In this document: positions 43,421 through 57,872 of the stretch, piece after piece | How the letters are laid out: every line of letters begins with the position of its first letter | Numbering within the stretch: the first letter of the stretch is position 1 | From: an uncultured Methanomicrobiaceae archaeon | GTDB lineage: Archaea; Halobacteriota; Methanomicrobia; Methanomicrobiales; Methanoculleaceae | Assembly: GCA_963826525.1 (NCBI GenBank) | Contig: CAWGXH010000004.1 | Span: 1,376,001-1,440,000, forward strand | Direction of reading: 5' to 3' | Length of the DNA: 64,000 nt | Notes under the pieces: generated by a model | The model's input: the letters and a program-made list of their open reading frames with translations, nothing else | Told to the model about the DNA's origin: nothing | The model's database searches: none | Position numbers and translations under genes: made by a program

Positions 43421-44226
43421 GGTTTCATCATCTTCCGGTGCACGGCGAGCAGGTCTGCGGTCTCGGCGACGTCGTGAGACCTGACCACTGCCGCTCCGCG
43501 CTCGACAAGCATCATGGTGAGAGCGAGGGTGCCGGCGAGCCGCTCTTCGGGAGGTTTTCCGAGCAGATCCCCGAGGAGCGATTTTCGTGAGACCGCAGCA
43601 AGGAGCGGGCGCTCGAACGCAGAGAACTCGTGAAAGTGTCTGCAGAGTTCCCAGTCCTCCTCGCTTCCCCGCTCCGGAGTCCACCTCCCGACGCCGGGGT
43701 CGAGGACGAACTCCTCGATCCCGTACTCCTCGCAACGGCCGATGACCGCTATGAGCGCCTGCATGGTGGCGTCGAGGCCGACCGCGTCGCCGGGCCTGGA
43801 AAAACTCGCCATGGCGAAGACGGGGAGCCCTGAGTCGGCTGCAATCGCCGCATATTCCCTGTCTGCAAGCCCGCCGATATCGTTGATCGCGTGGATCTCG
43901 TGCTGTAAGCAGACGCGAAGCACCTCCGGGTGCATCGTGTCGACCGAGATGGCAAGACCACTCCCGTCGAGCTCGCCGAGTGCCGAATCGATCCGTTCCG
44001 CCTCTCCGGCCACGGTCAGGGGCGGCGAGCCGGGTGCGGTGCTTCGGGCGCCGATGTCGATCAGATCCGCCCCGCGGTCGTGCATGGAAAGAGCCCTGGC
44101 GCGAACCTCCTGTGCGGCAGTATACGATCCGCGGAAAAATGATTCGGGGCTGCAGTTGATCACGCCCATGAGGCGGACGGGGGCGCCGCCGCCTATCGGG
44201 ATCTGATTTACAGAACAGAGATGCAT
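43417..44226 (-). CDS. folP: Dihydropteroate synthase
   Basis: [41 protein letters not shown]. Confidence 0.9.
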   Translation of the reverse strand: MHLCSVNQIPIGGGAPVRLMGVINCSPESFFRGSYTAAQEVRARALSMHDRGADLIDIGARSTAPGSPPLTVAGEAERIDSALGELDGSGLAISVDTMHPEVLRVCLQHEIHAINDIGGLADREYAAIAADSGLPVFAMASFSRPGDAVGLDATMQALIAVIGRCEEYGIEEFVLDPGVGRWTPERGSEEDWELCRHFHEFSAFERPLLAAVSRKSLLGDLLGKPPEERLAGTLALTMMLVERGAAVVRSHDVAETADLLAVHRKMMKP

Positions 44227-45053
44227 GCCTTCCGCTCTGCAGCCTTGAAGGTCTGCTCCATGAGCGTTGCGATCGTCATCGGGCCGACGCCGCCCGGCAC
44301 CGGGGTGATGGCGCCTGCTCGATCCTGCACGGCTTCAAAGTCCACATCGCCGCAGAGCTTGCCGTTCTCGTCGTAGTTGATCCCGACGTCGATGACCGTT
44401 GCCCCTTCTTTCACCATCTCCGGTCCGACGAACCGTGCTTTTCCGACGGCACTGACGAGGATGTCGGCAGAACGCATCTCGTCTGCAAGGTTCCGGGTTT
44501 TGCTGTGGCAGATGGTCACCGTTGCGTCGGCGTTGAGGAGGAGGGCCGCCATCGGGCGGCCGACGTCGATGCTCCGCCCGACGACGACTGCGCGCTTCCC
44601 GGCGGTCTCGATCCCGTATTCGGCGAGGATGGTCATGATCCCCTGCGGGGTGCAGGGGGCATAGACGGGAGTTCCGGCGAGGAGGCGTCCGAGGTTATAG
44701 GGGTGGAATCCGTCGACATCCTTCTCCGGCGAGACCGCTTCGATCACGCGGGTGGTGTCGATCTGCTTCGGGAGGGGGAGCTGCACCAGGATGCCGTTGA
44801 TGTCGGGGTCGGCATTGAGGCGGGCGACCGTCTCGAGCACCCGCTCGGTGGTGGCGTCCTCGGGCAGTTCGATCCCGATGGATCCGATCCCCACCCGTTC
44901 GCAGGCCCGGTGCTTCATCCGGACGTAGAGCTTCGATCCGGGGTCTTCGCCGACGATGACGGTTGCGAGGCGGGGGTAGAGCCCGGACTCCTCGATCCGC
45001 TCCTTGAGTATCTCGAGCCTCTTCTCAGAGACTTTCTTGCCGTCGAGGATCAT
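44208..45053 (-). CDS. folD: Methylenetetrahydrofolate dehydrogenase/cyclohydrolase
   Basis: [37 protein letters not shown]. Confidence 0.95.
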   Translation of the reverse strand: MILDGKKVSEKRLEILKERIEESGLYPRLATVIVGEDPGSKLYVRMKHRACERVGIGSIGIELPEDATTERVLETVARLNADPDINGILVQLPLPKQIDTTRVIEAVSPEKDVDGFHPYNLGRLLAGTPVYAPCTPQGIMTILAEYGIETAGKRAVVVGRSIDVGRPMAALLLNADATVTICHSKTRNLADEMRSADILVSAVGKARFVGPEMVKEGATVIDVGINYDENGKLCGDVDFEAVQDRAGAITPVPGGVGPMTIATLMEQTFKAAERKACISVL

Positions 45054-46322
45054 ATCATTTCAGGATACAGGGGATACCTGCTTGCGAGGGCCGTGACTTC
45101 CGCCTTCACTTCGCCGATGGCCTTCTTTGAAGTCTTGTCCCGTGCGATGTCTTTGAGGACGCGGGCGATCCAGTATGCGATCTGCTTCATCTCCGCTTCT
45201 TTCATGCCGCGCGAGGTCACTGCCGGCGTTCCGACCCGGAGGCCGCTCGTGACGAAGGGGCTGAGCTGTTCGCGGGGGATGGTATTCTTGTTGACGGTGA
45301 TACCTGCTTCGCCGAGGGCGTTCTCAGCCGCAAGCCCGGTCAGGTGATCCCCGTTCGTGGAGAGGCCCGTCAGGTCGAGGAGGATCAGGTGGTTGTCGGT
45401 GCCGCCGGAGACGATATCGAGCCCTTCCTCGGCAAGAACCTCTGCCATCACTTTAGCGTTCCTGACGACCTGGCCGCAGTAGTCCTTGAACGACGGGTGC
45501 AAGGCCTCCTTGAAGCAGACTGCCTTTGCCGCGATGATGTGCATCAGCGGGCCGCCCTGCATACCCGGGAAGACTGATTTGTCGATGGCGGGAGCGTCCT
45601 CTTTTCTGCACATGATGGCACCGCCGCGAGGCCCGCGGAGGGTCTTATGCGTTGTGGTCGTCACGAAGTCGACCACGCCGACCGGTGAATTGTGGTATCC
45701 GGTTGCGCAGAGGCCCGCGATGTGGGCGATGTCGGCCATACAGTATGCATCGACGGAATCGGCGATCTCCTGGAATGCCTTGAAATCAATCTCCCGCGGG
45801 TAGGCGCTCGCGCCGCAGACGATCATGGCTGGCTTGACGATCCGCGCCATCGCTTCGAGGTTTGCGTAGTCGAGTGTCTCGGTCTCGGGATCGACACCGT
45901 ACTGGAAGATCGAGTAACCACTTGCCGCTGATATTGACGGGTGAACCGTGGGAGAGGTGGCCGCCCTGTGAGAGGCTCTGGCTCATTATCCTGTCCTTGT
46001 AGTTCAGGTATGCAAAGTATACTGCCTGGTTTGCCTGGCTCCCGGAGTGGGGCTGCACATTGGCGTGCTCTGCTCCGAAGAGTTTACACAGCCTGTCGCG
46101 CGCCAGATTTTCCACGACATCGTGAAACTCGCAACCGCCGTAGTATCGCTTGCCGGGGTACCCCTCCGCATATTTATTGGTCATTATTGACCCCATTGCC
46201 TCAAGGACGTTCTTACTGACGACGTTTTCGGAGGCAATAAGCTCCAATCCATTGAGCTGACGCAGACGCTCGCACTCGATGAGATCTGCAACTTCTGGAT
46301 CGAATTCAGCCAGACTAGACAT
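45050..46322 (-). CDS. glyA: Serine hydroxymethyltransferase (frameshift near 45917)
   Basis: [48 protein letters not shown]. Confidence 0.95.
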
Positions 46323-46422
46323 GTAAAAAAAGGTTGCCTTGAAGAGGTAATAGTCTTTCTTCCCCGGATTCAAATGAAATATTAATACGTTATCACCATC
46401 AAGGTTAATTTCGAGGGAAATA

Positions 46423-47103
46423 ATGGCACAGAAAGATGCGCGAATCCGGTTTCTTGAGCGGGAACTTGCAGAGCGAGAAGGGGAAATGGAAAGGTTAAAA
46501 GGGGTGGAACCGATGGAATTTTCAGACAATGATGACGAGCGCCTGCGCGGCGTTGAGCGGAAGATAAAGGAGATTGAAGCATTGATGAAGGGTCTGACCG
46601 AGGAGATGCTTGATATCAAATCGATCGTCATGAAGATGCAGCGTCAGGTCGAGGAGCGCGGGAAGGCCGTCCCTGCTGCAGTGCCGCGGAGCGTCGAGCC
46701 GGAGATCCGCAAGCCCGTCCGTTCGGCAGAGCCGGAGCGGGCAGCGCCGACACAGGATATCAGGCGTGTCAGCCGCTCCGACCCGCTGGTCAGGCCGACG
46801 GCGGTGCCGCGACAGAGTCTGGTGTCGCCCCAGGTACGCGCCGCCCCTCCCCGGCCTGAGCCGGAAAACGACGCCGATATGGAACTCATCATGCAGAACG
46901 ACGGAACGCTGAGGCCGGAGAAGAGGACGAGTTCCGAGTATATCGTTGCGAGCAACAAGTATCAGGATAAGGTTCTGGGTGGCAAGAGGAAGGGCTCGTC
47001 CGACCGTATCGTCGTCGCGGAGCCGGGACGGGCGAAGAAAGAAGTCGACAGCATTATTCATGCAGACGAAGACGATACTATCGAATTTGATTCGAAGAAG
47101 TAA
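46423..47103 (+). CDS. Hypothetical coiled-coil protein upstream of smc
   Basis: N-terminal heptad coiled coil, Pro/Arg-rich linker, acidic tail; 14 bp before smc. Confidence 0.75.
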   Translation: MAQKDARIRFLERELAEREGEMERLKGVEPMEFSDNDDERLRGVERKIKEIEALMKGLTEEMLDIKSIVMKMQRQVEERGKAVPAAVPRSVEPEIRKPVRSAEPERAAPTQDIRRVSRSDPLVRPTAVPRQSLVSPQVRAAPPRPEPENDADMELIMQNDGTLRPEKRTSSEYIVASNKYQDKVLGGKRKGSSDRIVVAEPGRAKKEVDSIIHADEDDTIEFDSKK

Positions 47104-47117
47104 GAGGAGCCTGATCC

Positions 47118-50100
47118 TTGTATATTACGCAGCTTGAGATCGACAACTTCAAGTCTTTCGGAAGAAAGACGAAAATCCCATTTCTTGAAGGTTTTACCGT
47201 CGTATCAGGCCCGAACGGTTCAGGGAAGAGCAATATCATCGACAGTGTCCTTTTTGTTCTCGCACTCTCCGGCGCTCGCGGCCTGCGAGCGGAGAAGCTG
47301 ACCGATCTGATCAACGTCAACACCGGCAAGAGCACCGCTGAGGTGATGATCACCTTCTCGGACGGCACCACGATACGGCGGAAGATCAAGCAGACGCCGA
47401 CCGGCTACTATAGTTATAATTATCTCAATAACCGGCTCTGCAAGCAGGGCGAGGTCATTGGGTTCCTGGCGAAGTTCGGTATCAAGCCGGAGGGCTACAA
47501 CGTCGTGATGCAGGGTGATATCACCCGCATCATGGAGATGAGCAATACCGAGCGGCGTAAGATCATCGATGAGATCGCCGGTGTTGCGGAGTTCGAGCAC
47601 AAGCGCGAGCAGTCGTTCTCGGAACTTGAGATCGTCCGGGAGCGGATCGAGCGCGAGGAGATCATTCTCCACGAACTTGCCGCGCGCCTTGACGAGCTGC
47701 AGCAGGAGCGTGAGCAGGCGCTCGAGTATCAGCGGTGGCAGGGCGAACTGGAACGGCTGGAGCGGTGTCGCGGAGCCGCTCTCGTCCGGCGCAAGGAGCA
47801 GGAGGTCGCGACGCTGCAGGAGCTCGTGCAGGGGCAGAACGCCTCGCTTCTCCGGACCGGCGAAGAGATCGAGGAGCGGAAGGCGGAACTCTCCGGGGCG
47901 CGCGTCGAGCTCGGGGATCTCGACCTTGAGATCGGCAGAAAGAGCGGCACCGAGTACCTGCAGATCGTAGCAAGGCTCGAAGAGGCGCGAAGCGGGATTA
48001 AGCTTGCTGAAAAGACGATAGAACGCTTGAAGCGCGAGAAGGAGGAGAACCTCGAGGCGGGCAAACGTATCTACATGGACAGCAGGCGGGCTGAGTCGCG
48101 GGTGAATGAGTGCGTGGATCAGATCCGCAGCCTGAGTATCGACCGGGCGAATCTCGCGATGGAGCTCTCCGCCAGCAGAGAGCGGATGAGCGAGGTCGAG
48201 GCGCGGATCGAGGCCGAAAGCAAGGAAGTCGAGGGGGTGAAGGATCAGCTCTTCGCCGGGATGGAGGCCCTCGAACGCGAAAAAGAGGTCCGGGCGAATC
48301 TGCTCCACGAGCAGGATATTATCATCGAAAAGAGCAGGATGCGCACCTCCGAGCGGGAACGCCTCGAAGGGCGCCTCCGGCAGATCGACGAGGAACTCGC
48401 AAGCAAGCACGCCCAGCTTGCGGAATACTCCGGGAGCATCGCGGATGCCGAGGCGGAGAAACGTCGGGTCGAGCGGGAGCTCTCCGATGCCGAGAGCTCG
48501 CTCTTTGCGAAACGTTCGACACTGGATCGCTTAAAGAAAGAGATCCGGGCGCACGAACAGGAGATCATCCGTTTCGAGGCGCAGCAACAGGCAGGCGGGG
48601 ATGCGGGCGGACGGGTGATGGAGGAGATCCTCGGTATGGAGGGGGTCTACGGAACCGTCGCGCAGCTCGGCCGCGCCCCCCCCGAGTACGCCACGGCACT
48701 CGACGTCGCGGCGAGCGGACGCCTCCGGTACGTCATCGTCGATGACGATGCGGTTGCCTCGGGGGCGATCCGGTTCCTGAAGGAGAACCGTCTCGGCCGG
48801 GTTACGTTCCTGCCGCTCAATAAACTTCGGCCGCCGATCATATCGCCGCTTGACGCCGACCCCGGCGTGATCGGGTACACGGTCGATCTTCTCGAGTACG
48901 ACCCCGAGTTCGATCGGGCCTTCAGGGTGGTCTTCGGCACGACGGTCGTGGTGGATACCCTCGAGCGCGCCCGGAGGATGATGGGCAGGTACAAGATGGT
49001 GACGCTCGAGGGGGAGGTCCTTGAGAAGGCCGGCGCGATGACCGGGGGCGCCCAGCAGAAGAAGATGAAGGGGTTCGGTGTCGCGGTCGAGGATGAGATC
49101 GCCCGCCTGCGGGCTCTTCTCGGAGAACTCGAGGCCGAGGCGGCGGAGGTCGATGCCGCTATCCGACGCTCCTCTTCATTTTCGGAGGATCTCAGGAGCA
49201 AAAGGACGAACCTTGACGAGCAGCTCTCCCGCTACCGGATGCTGGCGGAGGAGTATCGTAAGCGCGTCGATGTCCTCGGCAGCGAGAAGGAGGAGCTCGA
49301 GTCTGCGCTTGCCGAGATGCGCGACGGCACGAGGACCGGCGGGGCGGAGCTCGCACGGATCGAGAGCGAGCTTGCCGCTGCCAATGCCGGGATCGCCCGC
49401 ATCAGCGGGGAGATTGCAGATCTCAAGGCGAAGCTCGACGATACCGGGATCCCTGCGCTGACCGGGGACTACGAGCGCTACCGGAAAGAGGTCGACGAGA
49501 CCGAGAAAAGGCTCCGGAACAAGGATGCCGATATTGCGGATGCCAAGCGGGAGCGGCAGCATTTCGCAAACCGCTTCGAAGAACTCGCGGCCGACCGCGA
49601 ACGGATTGCGGCAAAGAACCGGGAGATCGATGGCGAGGTAACCGCATCCGGTGCCGAGATCGACGGGCACCGCCGGTCTATCGAGTCCCTTGAGGCCAGG
49701 CAGCAGGAGTTCTCGCAGGAACTTGCCGATCTCCGCATGAAGCGGGATCAGATCGTCGCCCGTATCCAGGAGTTTGAGAAAGGTATCGTCGGGCTCGAGG
49801 GTGCTGCAGAACGGATCCGGATGCAGATCGAGGCTTTTGCCGAACGTGAACGCTCGCTGTTGCAGGAGCTTTCGCATCTCCGTGAGCAGGCAGGAACTGT
49901 CGAGTCCGAGCTCGATCTCGCCGAGATCGATGCCGGTATCGATGCCGCCGAACGCGCACTCCGGAAGATCGGCGCGGTTAATATGCTGGCGATCGAGGAG
50001 TGCGACCGGGTGTCCAGGCGCGTCCTTGAGCGGACGGAGAAGAAAGAGGTTCTCTCCCGGGAACGGACGATGCTTCTTGAGCGTATCGAGCGGTTCGCGA

Positions 50101-50561
50101 AGATGAAGTACGATGCGTTCATGACTGCTTATACGGCGATAGATGCGAACTTCCGGGAGATCTTTGCGCGCCTGACGGATGGAACCGGACGGCTGGTTCT
50201 CGAGAATGAGGAGGATCCCTTCTCGGGAGGCATGACGTTTGCCGTTCAGCCGCGGGATAAGAAGGTCCACCTCCTCTCGTCTCTCTCGGGGGGGGAGAAG
50301 TCTCTGACGACCCTTGCGTTCATCTTCTCGATCCAGAAGTATATGCCCGCCCCGTTCTATGCCCTCGACGAGGTCGATATGTTCCTCGACGGGAATAATG
50401 TGGAGCGTATTGCCTCCCTGATCAAGGAACTCTCGTCACAGGCACAGTCGGTGATTGTCTCGCTCCGGAAGCCGATGATAGAGCGTGCTGATAGTATCGT
50501 CGGCGTGACCATCCGGCCGGACAAGAGCACGTACGTGACCGGTGTGAAGAACAATGGATGA
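47118..50561 (+). CDS. smc: Chromosome segregation protein SMC
   Basis: GPNGSGKS Walker A, hinge GRVTFLPL and GAMTGG, LSGGEKS signature, LDEVD Walker B. Confidence 0.97.
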   Translation: MYITQLEIDNFKSFGRKTKIPFLEGFTVVSGPNGSGKSNIIDSVLFVLALSGARGLRAEKLTDLINVNTGKSTAEVMITFSDGTTIRRKIKQTPTGYYSYNYLNNRLCKQGEVIGFLAKFGIKPEGYNVVMQGDITRIMEMSNTERRKIIDEIAGVAEFEHKREQSFSELEIVRERIEREEIILHELAARLDELQQEREQALEYQRWQGELERLERCRGAALVRRKEQEVATLQELVQGQNASLLRTGEEIEERKAELSGARVELGDLDLEIGRKSGTEYLQIVARLEEARSGIKLAEKTIERLKREKEENLEAGKRIYMDSRRAESRVNECVDQIRSLSIDRANLAMELSASRERMSEVEARIEAESKEVEGVKDQLFAGMEALEREKEVRANLLHEQDIIIEKSRMRTSERERLEGRLRQIDEELASKHAQLAEYSGSIADAEAEKRRVERELSDAESSLFAKRSTLDRLKKEIRAHEQEIIRFEAQQQAGGDAGGRVMEEILGMEGVYGTVAQLGRAPPEYATALDVAASGRLRYVIVDDDAVASGAIRFLKENRLGRVTFLPLNKLRPPIISPLDADPGVIGYTVDLLEYDPEFDRAFRVVFGTTVVVDTLERARRMMGRYKMVTLEGEVLEKAGAMTGGAQQKKMKGFGVAVEDEIARLRALLGELEAEAAEVDAAIRRSSSFSEDLRSKRTNLDEQLSRYRMLAEEYRKRVDVLGSEKEELESALAEMRDGTRTGGAELARIESELAAANAGIARISGEIADLKAKLDDTGIPALTGDYERYRKEVDETEKRLRNKDADIADAKRERQHFANRFEELAADRERIAAKNREIDGEVTASGAEIDGHRRSIESLEARQQEFSQELADLRMKRDQIVARIQEFEKGIVGLEGAAERIRMQIEAFAERERSLLQELSHLREQAGTVESELDLAEIDAGIDAAERALRKIGAVNMLAIEECDRVSRRVLERTEKKEVLSRERTMLLERIERFAKMKYDAFMTAYTAIDANFREIFARLTDGTGRLVLENEEDPFSGGMTFAVQPRDKKVHLLSSLSGGEKSLTTLAFIFSIQKYMPAPFYALDEVDMFLDGNNVERIASLIKELSSQAQSVIVSLRKPMIERADSIVGVTIRPDKSTYVTGVKNNG

Positions 50562-51279
50562 AGAACCGGTCGAGATCCTCGTCGGTATGGCCGAGCGGGG
50601 CGAGGTCGATCCGTGGAATATCGATATCGTCGATGTGACGGACCGGTTTCTCGCCGAGATGGAGCGGCGCAAAGAACTTGACCTCCGGATATCCGGGAGG
50701 ACACTCTTTTACGCTGCGACGCTCCTTCGCATGAAGTCGGAGTATCTGGACGAGACGGACGACGGGGAGGACGGAGAGTTCCTGCCCGAAGATGACCTAC
50801 TTGTCGATCTTGACTTTGATTTCGATCCGGGGCAGCGCGGCGAGCCGATGGATCGGCTTGAGCGGGAGATCCAGCGTCGGATAGGGCGGAAGAGTATCCG
50901 GAAGCGCCCGCCGGTCACCCTGTACGAACTCTTGAAGCAGCTCAAGACTGCCGAACGGGAGCAGCGGCGCAGGCAGCGAAGAAGAGCCCCGGCCATCAGG
51001 GAGCCCGAGTTTGAGATCGGGGCGGATGAGGTCGTTTCGCTTGCCCATGACGAAGGGTATCAGGTGGCGGTCTCGACGGTGCTTGAGGGGTACCTCCGCA
51101 CCGCCCATGGCGGTGTGCCCCAGACCCTCGGGAAACTCTCGTCGCAGATGGGGTGGACGACGCGCGATGTGTATATCCCGCTGCTCTTCCTGATGCTCGA
51201 AGGGAAGGTTGCTCTCTGGCAGGATGAGTTCTTCGGGGAGATCTACGTCGGTGAACACGGACCCGGGGAAGAGGGGTGA
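50554..51279 (+). CDS. scpA: Kleisin ScpA
   Basis: VDPWNIDIVDVTDRFL, AATLLRMKS, LLFL...GKV.L.Q.EFFG. Confidence 0.92.
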   Translation: MDEEPVEILVGMAERGEVDPWNIDIVDVTDRFLAEMERRKELDLRISGRTLFYAATLLRMKSEYLDETDDGEDGEFLPEDDLLVDLDFDFDPGQRGEPMDRLEREIQRRIGRKSIRKRPPVTLYELLKQLKTAEREQRRRQRRRAPAIREPEFEIGADEVVSLAHDEGYQVAVSTVLEGYLRTAHGGVPQTLGKLSSQMGWTTRDVYIPLLFLMLEGKVALWQDEFFGEIYVGEHGPGEEG

Positions 51280-51655
51280 TCCTCGCGTGGGTCATCCGCT
51301 GCCGGGCTGGCGGCGGCACTTGGTATGCGCGATCAGTGCCCGCCCGTAATCCTCGTTTGTAATTCCCGTATTTTCTGTTGATTCGGGTAATTTTTCGCAG
51401 ATTCTTCTATCGGGGCTACGCGCGTGGCAGATTTCTTGTCTCAAAGGTACTTGTATCGAAGGTTTTTTCGCCAATTCCTCTTCATTTCGGGTTTTTCTCC
51501 GGGGAAACATCTCTCTTCCTGGTTATGGGTGGCGGTTGCTCCCCTGATCTTCTCGTGATGGTCGGTTTCTGCGGTTTATGCAGGTTTTATCTTAAATCAA
51601 GGCATTTATGCCCGTTTGTTTGTCTCCGGTGGGCTGGTCTGATCAGGGCTAATGC

Positions 51656-52060
51656 TTATATGCTACTACCTCTAACATATGGAGGCTGCGTTGGTATGAA
51701 GCCCGGTCGTGCAGCCCTTCGGGGTGGTCTGGCCGCGGCGCTATCAGGGACGCAACTATGAGGGTCCGAGTCGTTCTGCTCGGATCTGATGCGGGAACAA
51801 CGTTTATATGGGAGCAAAACCAACATAGTTTCCTGCGCAGGCTCGCGCCGCGAACGAGAATCTCGACGATCCTCGGGACACGGGTCGAACGCTGCCGGGA
51901 ACAGTTGGTTTTGTCCCCGCATGCAGGGTTGTGCGAGACACAACCTTTATATGCGATGAACGACAAATACTGTTCCTCACACGATGAAGGCACGCATCCT
52001 GCGCCCGGAAGTATTCCGGGCGCAGGATGCAGAGCCTTAAATAACTGTAATACCAAATAT
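51656..52060 (+). promoter_or_regulatory. Four tandem archaeal promoter-like motifs upstream of the rRNA operon
   Basis: TTAWAT at 51656, 51804, 51947 and 52037, each followed after exactly 12 nt by AACATA or AAATA. Confidence 0.65.
51994..52030. repeat. Perfect 17-bp inverted repeat
   Basis: GCATCCTGCGCCCGGAA-GTA-TTCCGGGCGCAGGATGC. Confidence 0.85.
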
Positions 52061-52204
52061 TAGTTCTCTTCGATGGAGAATCAACGTGACCGTCATTGAG
52101 CGGGTTGATTCTGACGTTGGCATTGGCAATGCGGAAATTTGTTTAGTAACCGCTAATTCCACCCAAGTTATCAGTAAGTAAGTAGTGTGCGTATTTCGAG
52201 AAGA

Positions 52205-53672
<1,468 letters not shown>

Positions 53673-53744
53673 AATGACATTTCTTGGGTCTAAGCATGCG
53701 GTTGCTAAACAAAACGTAGAATTGCCGATGTCAACGGATATCTA

Positions 53745-53817
53745 GGGCTCATAGCTCAGTTGGAAGAGCGCGGCGTTTGCAACGCCGAGGCCGGGGGTTC
53801 AAATCCCCCTGAGTCCA
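53745..53817 (+). tRNA. tRNA-Ala(TGC)
   Basis: GGGCTCATAGCTCAGTTGG...TTTGCAA...GGTTCAAATCC...GAGTCCA in the 16S-23S spacer. Confidence 0.97.
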
Positions 53818-53928
53818 CTGTCAATGCACCCGGGAATGTGAGTCCCCGGGGAAGGGCTGAAGGTCTTTTGACCTGACGAAGCCGTGTATAGGTGTGTACT
53901 CTGGACGTTAAATGAGTTCAGCGGAACG

Positions 53929-56838
<2,910 letters not shown>

Positions 56839-56937
56839 CGCCGAACTCAGACGAAATCCAGAGTGCACACCAAACCGTTCAGCAGACAAAGGGTTTATAC
56901 CCGATGAACGCATGAACCTACCAAATACACACGGCTT

Positions 56938-57009
56938 GCCAAGGTGGCGGAGCGGCTACGCGGTTGACTGCAGATCAGCTACACCCCGGTTCAAGTCCGG
57001 GCCTTGGCT
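56938..57009 (+). tRNA. tRNA-Cys(GCA)
   Basis: GCCAAGGTGGCGGAGCGG...CTGCAGA...GGTTCAAGTCC...CCTTGGCT. Confidence 0.96.
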
Positions 57010-57011
57010 TT

Positions 57012-57138
57012 GGTAATAGCGGCCATAGCAGTGGGGAAACACCTGGACCCATTCCGAACCCAGCAGTGAAGCCCACTCACGTATCATGTTGTACTGAGGT
57101 ACGCGAGTCCTCGGGAAGCATGATTCGCTGCTATTACC
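57012..57138 (+). rRNA. rrf: 5S rRNA (ends approximate)
   Basis: GCGGCCATAGC...CCCATTCCGAACCC...GTGAAGCC; terminal helix GGTAATAGC/GCTATTACC. Confidence 0.96.
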
Positions 57139-57338
57139 TTCCTCTATCTTAGCACACGAATCACTTCTTCGCAACGTTTCTTTCCAGAGACACACCGCAC
57201 ACTTCTGCTTCCAACTATTCATCACAGAGCGTTAAGCCTTACGAAAAAGTATGGAACCTATTTCTCTTCTGCACTCATGCAACCCCGCGGATCAATTCCC
57301 GGGAGTGAGTCCGGTTGCCTCCCGGCCGATGCCGTCCC

Positions 57339-57773
57339 TTATCGCGTATACTGTGCCATAACGCCTTTTTCCATCTGGAACTGTTCGTACATCTCGTAGC
57401 GATCCACCTGCGAGAGCAGATCCGCCGCCCGCTTCAGAAGAAGATCCTCCTCTCCGTTGAAGTGGTCTTCGATGCTGCTTCGCAGCTCGCTGAGGTGCCG
57501 TGTCCACATCTCATTATCGAACGACGCCGTATCCAGTGTCCCGAGCAGGCGGCGCATTTGGTTATGCTCCTCGATCGAACGCTCGATAGTCTCCGGTATA
57601 TCCGTAAGGAGGCGCTGGTAGATCGTTGCCTCCTCCGCATGCATATGCATCTGGAGTTCCCGTTTCAACGTCACATATCGGATATCCCGTACATCGGGAT
57701 GGTTCTCCAGATCATCAAGCAGTCTTCGGATGAGTGAGTGATCTTCCCGTATCATTTCAATAACATCTGCCAT
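57339..57773 (-). CDS. Hemerythrin HHE domain protein
   Basis: EDH, HMHAEE, EEH, HFNGEE metal-ligand pattern. Confidence 0.85.
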   Translation of the reverse strand: MADVIEMIREDHSLIRRLLDDLENHPDVRDIRYVTLKRELQMHMHAEEATIYQRLLTDIPETIERSIEEHNQMRRLLGTLDTASFDNEMWTRHLSELRSSIEDHFNGEEDLLLKRAADLLSQVDRYEMYEQFQMEKGVMAQYTR

Positions 57774-57872
57774 GATTCTCTCCACCGGTATCGGCGGACA
57801 AAAGAGCATGTACAGGTATGTAAGGATTTCGCCGTCGGCACCGGAGTGCCGGATGCCGCTCGTCCTGCGACG

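Noticed and set aside
2503-50270. Numerous long antisense and alternate-frame ORFs (e.g. 2503-3321, 8467-9543, 47220-48410, 49176-50270)
   Set aside because: Expected shadow ORFs in high-GC coding DNA, with no motifs
51290-51650. T-rich intergenic region as a replication origin
   Set aside because: No ORB-like repeats recognised and no cdc6/orc1 nearby; better explained as terminator and rRNA upstream DNA
51683-52030. SRP RNA, RNase P RNA or hammerhead ribozyme upstream of 16S
   Set aside because: I could not find the SRP helix-8 context, the RNase P GAGGAAAGUCC motif or the hammerhead core; kept only as an unknown structured RNA
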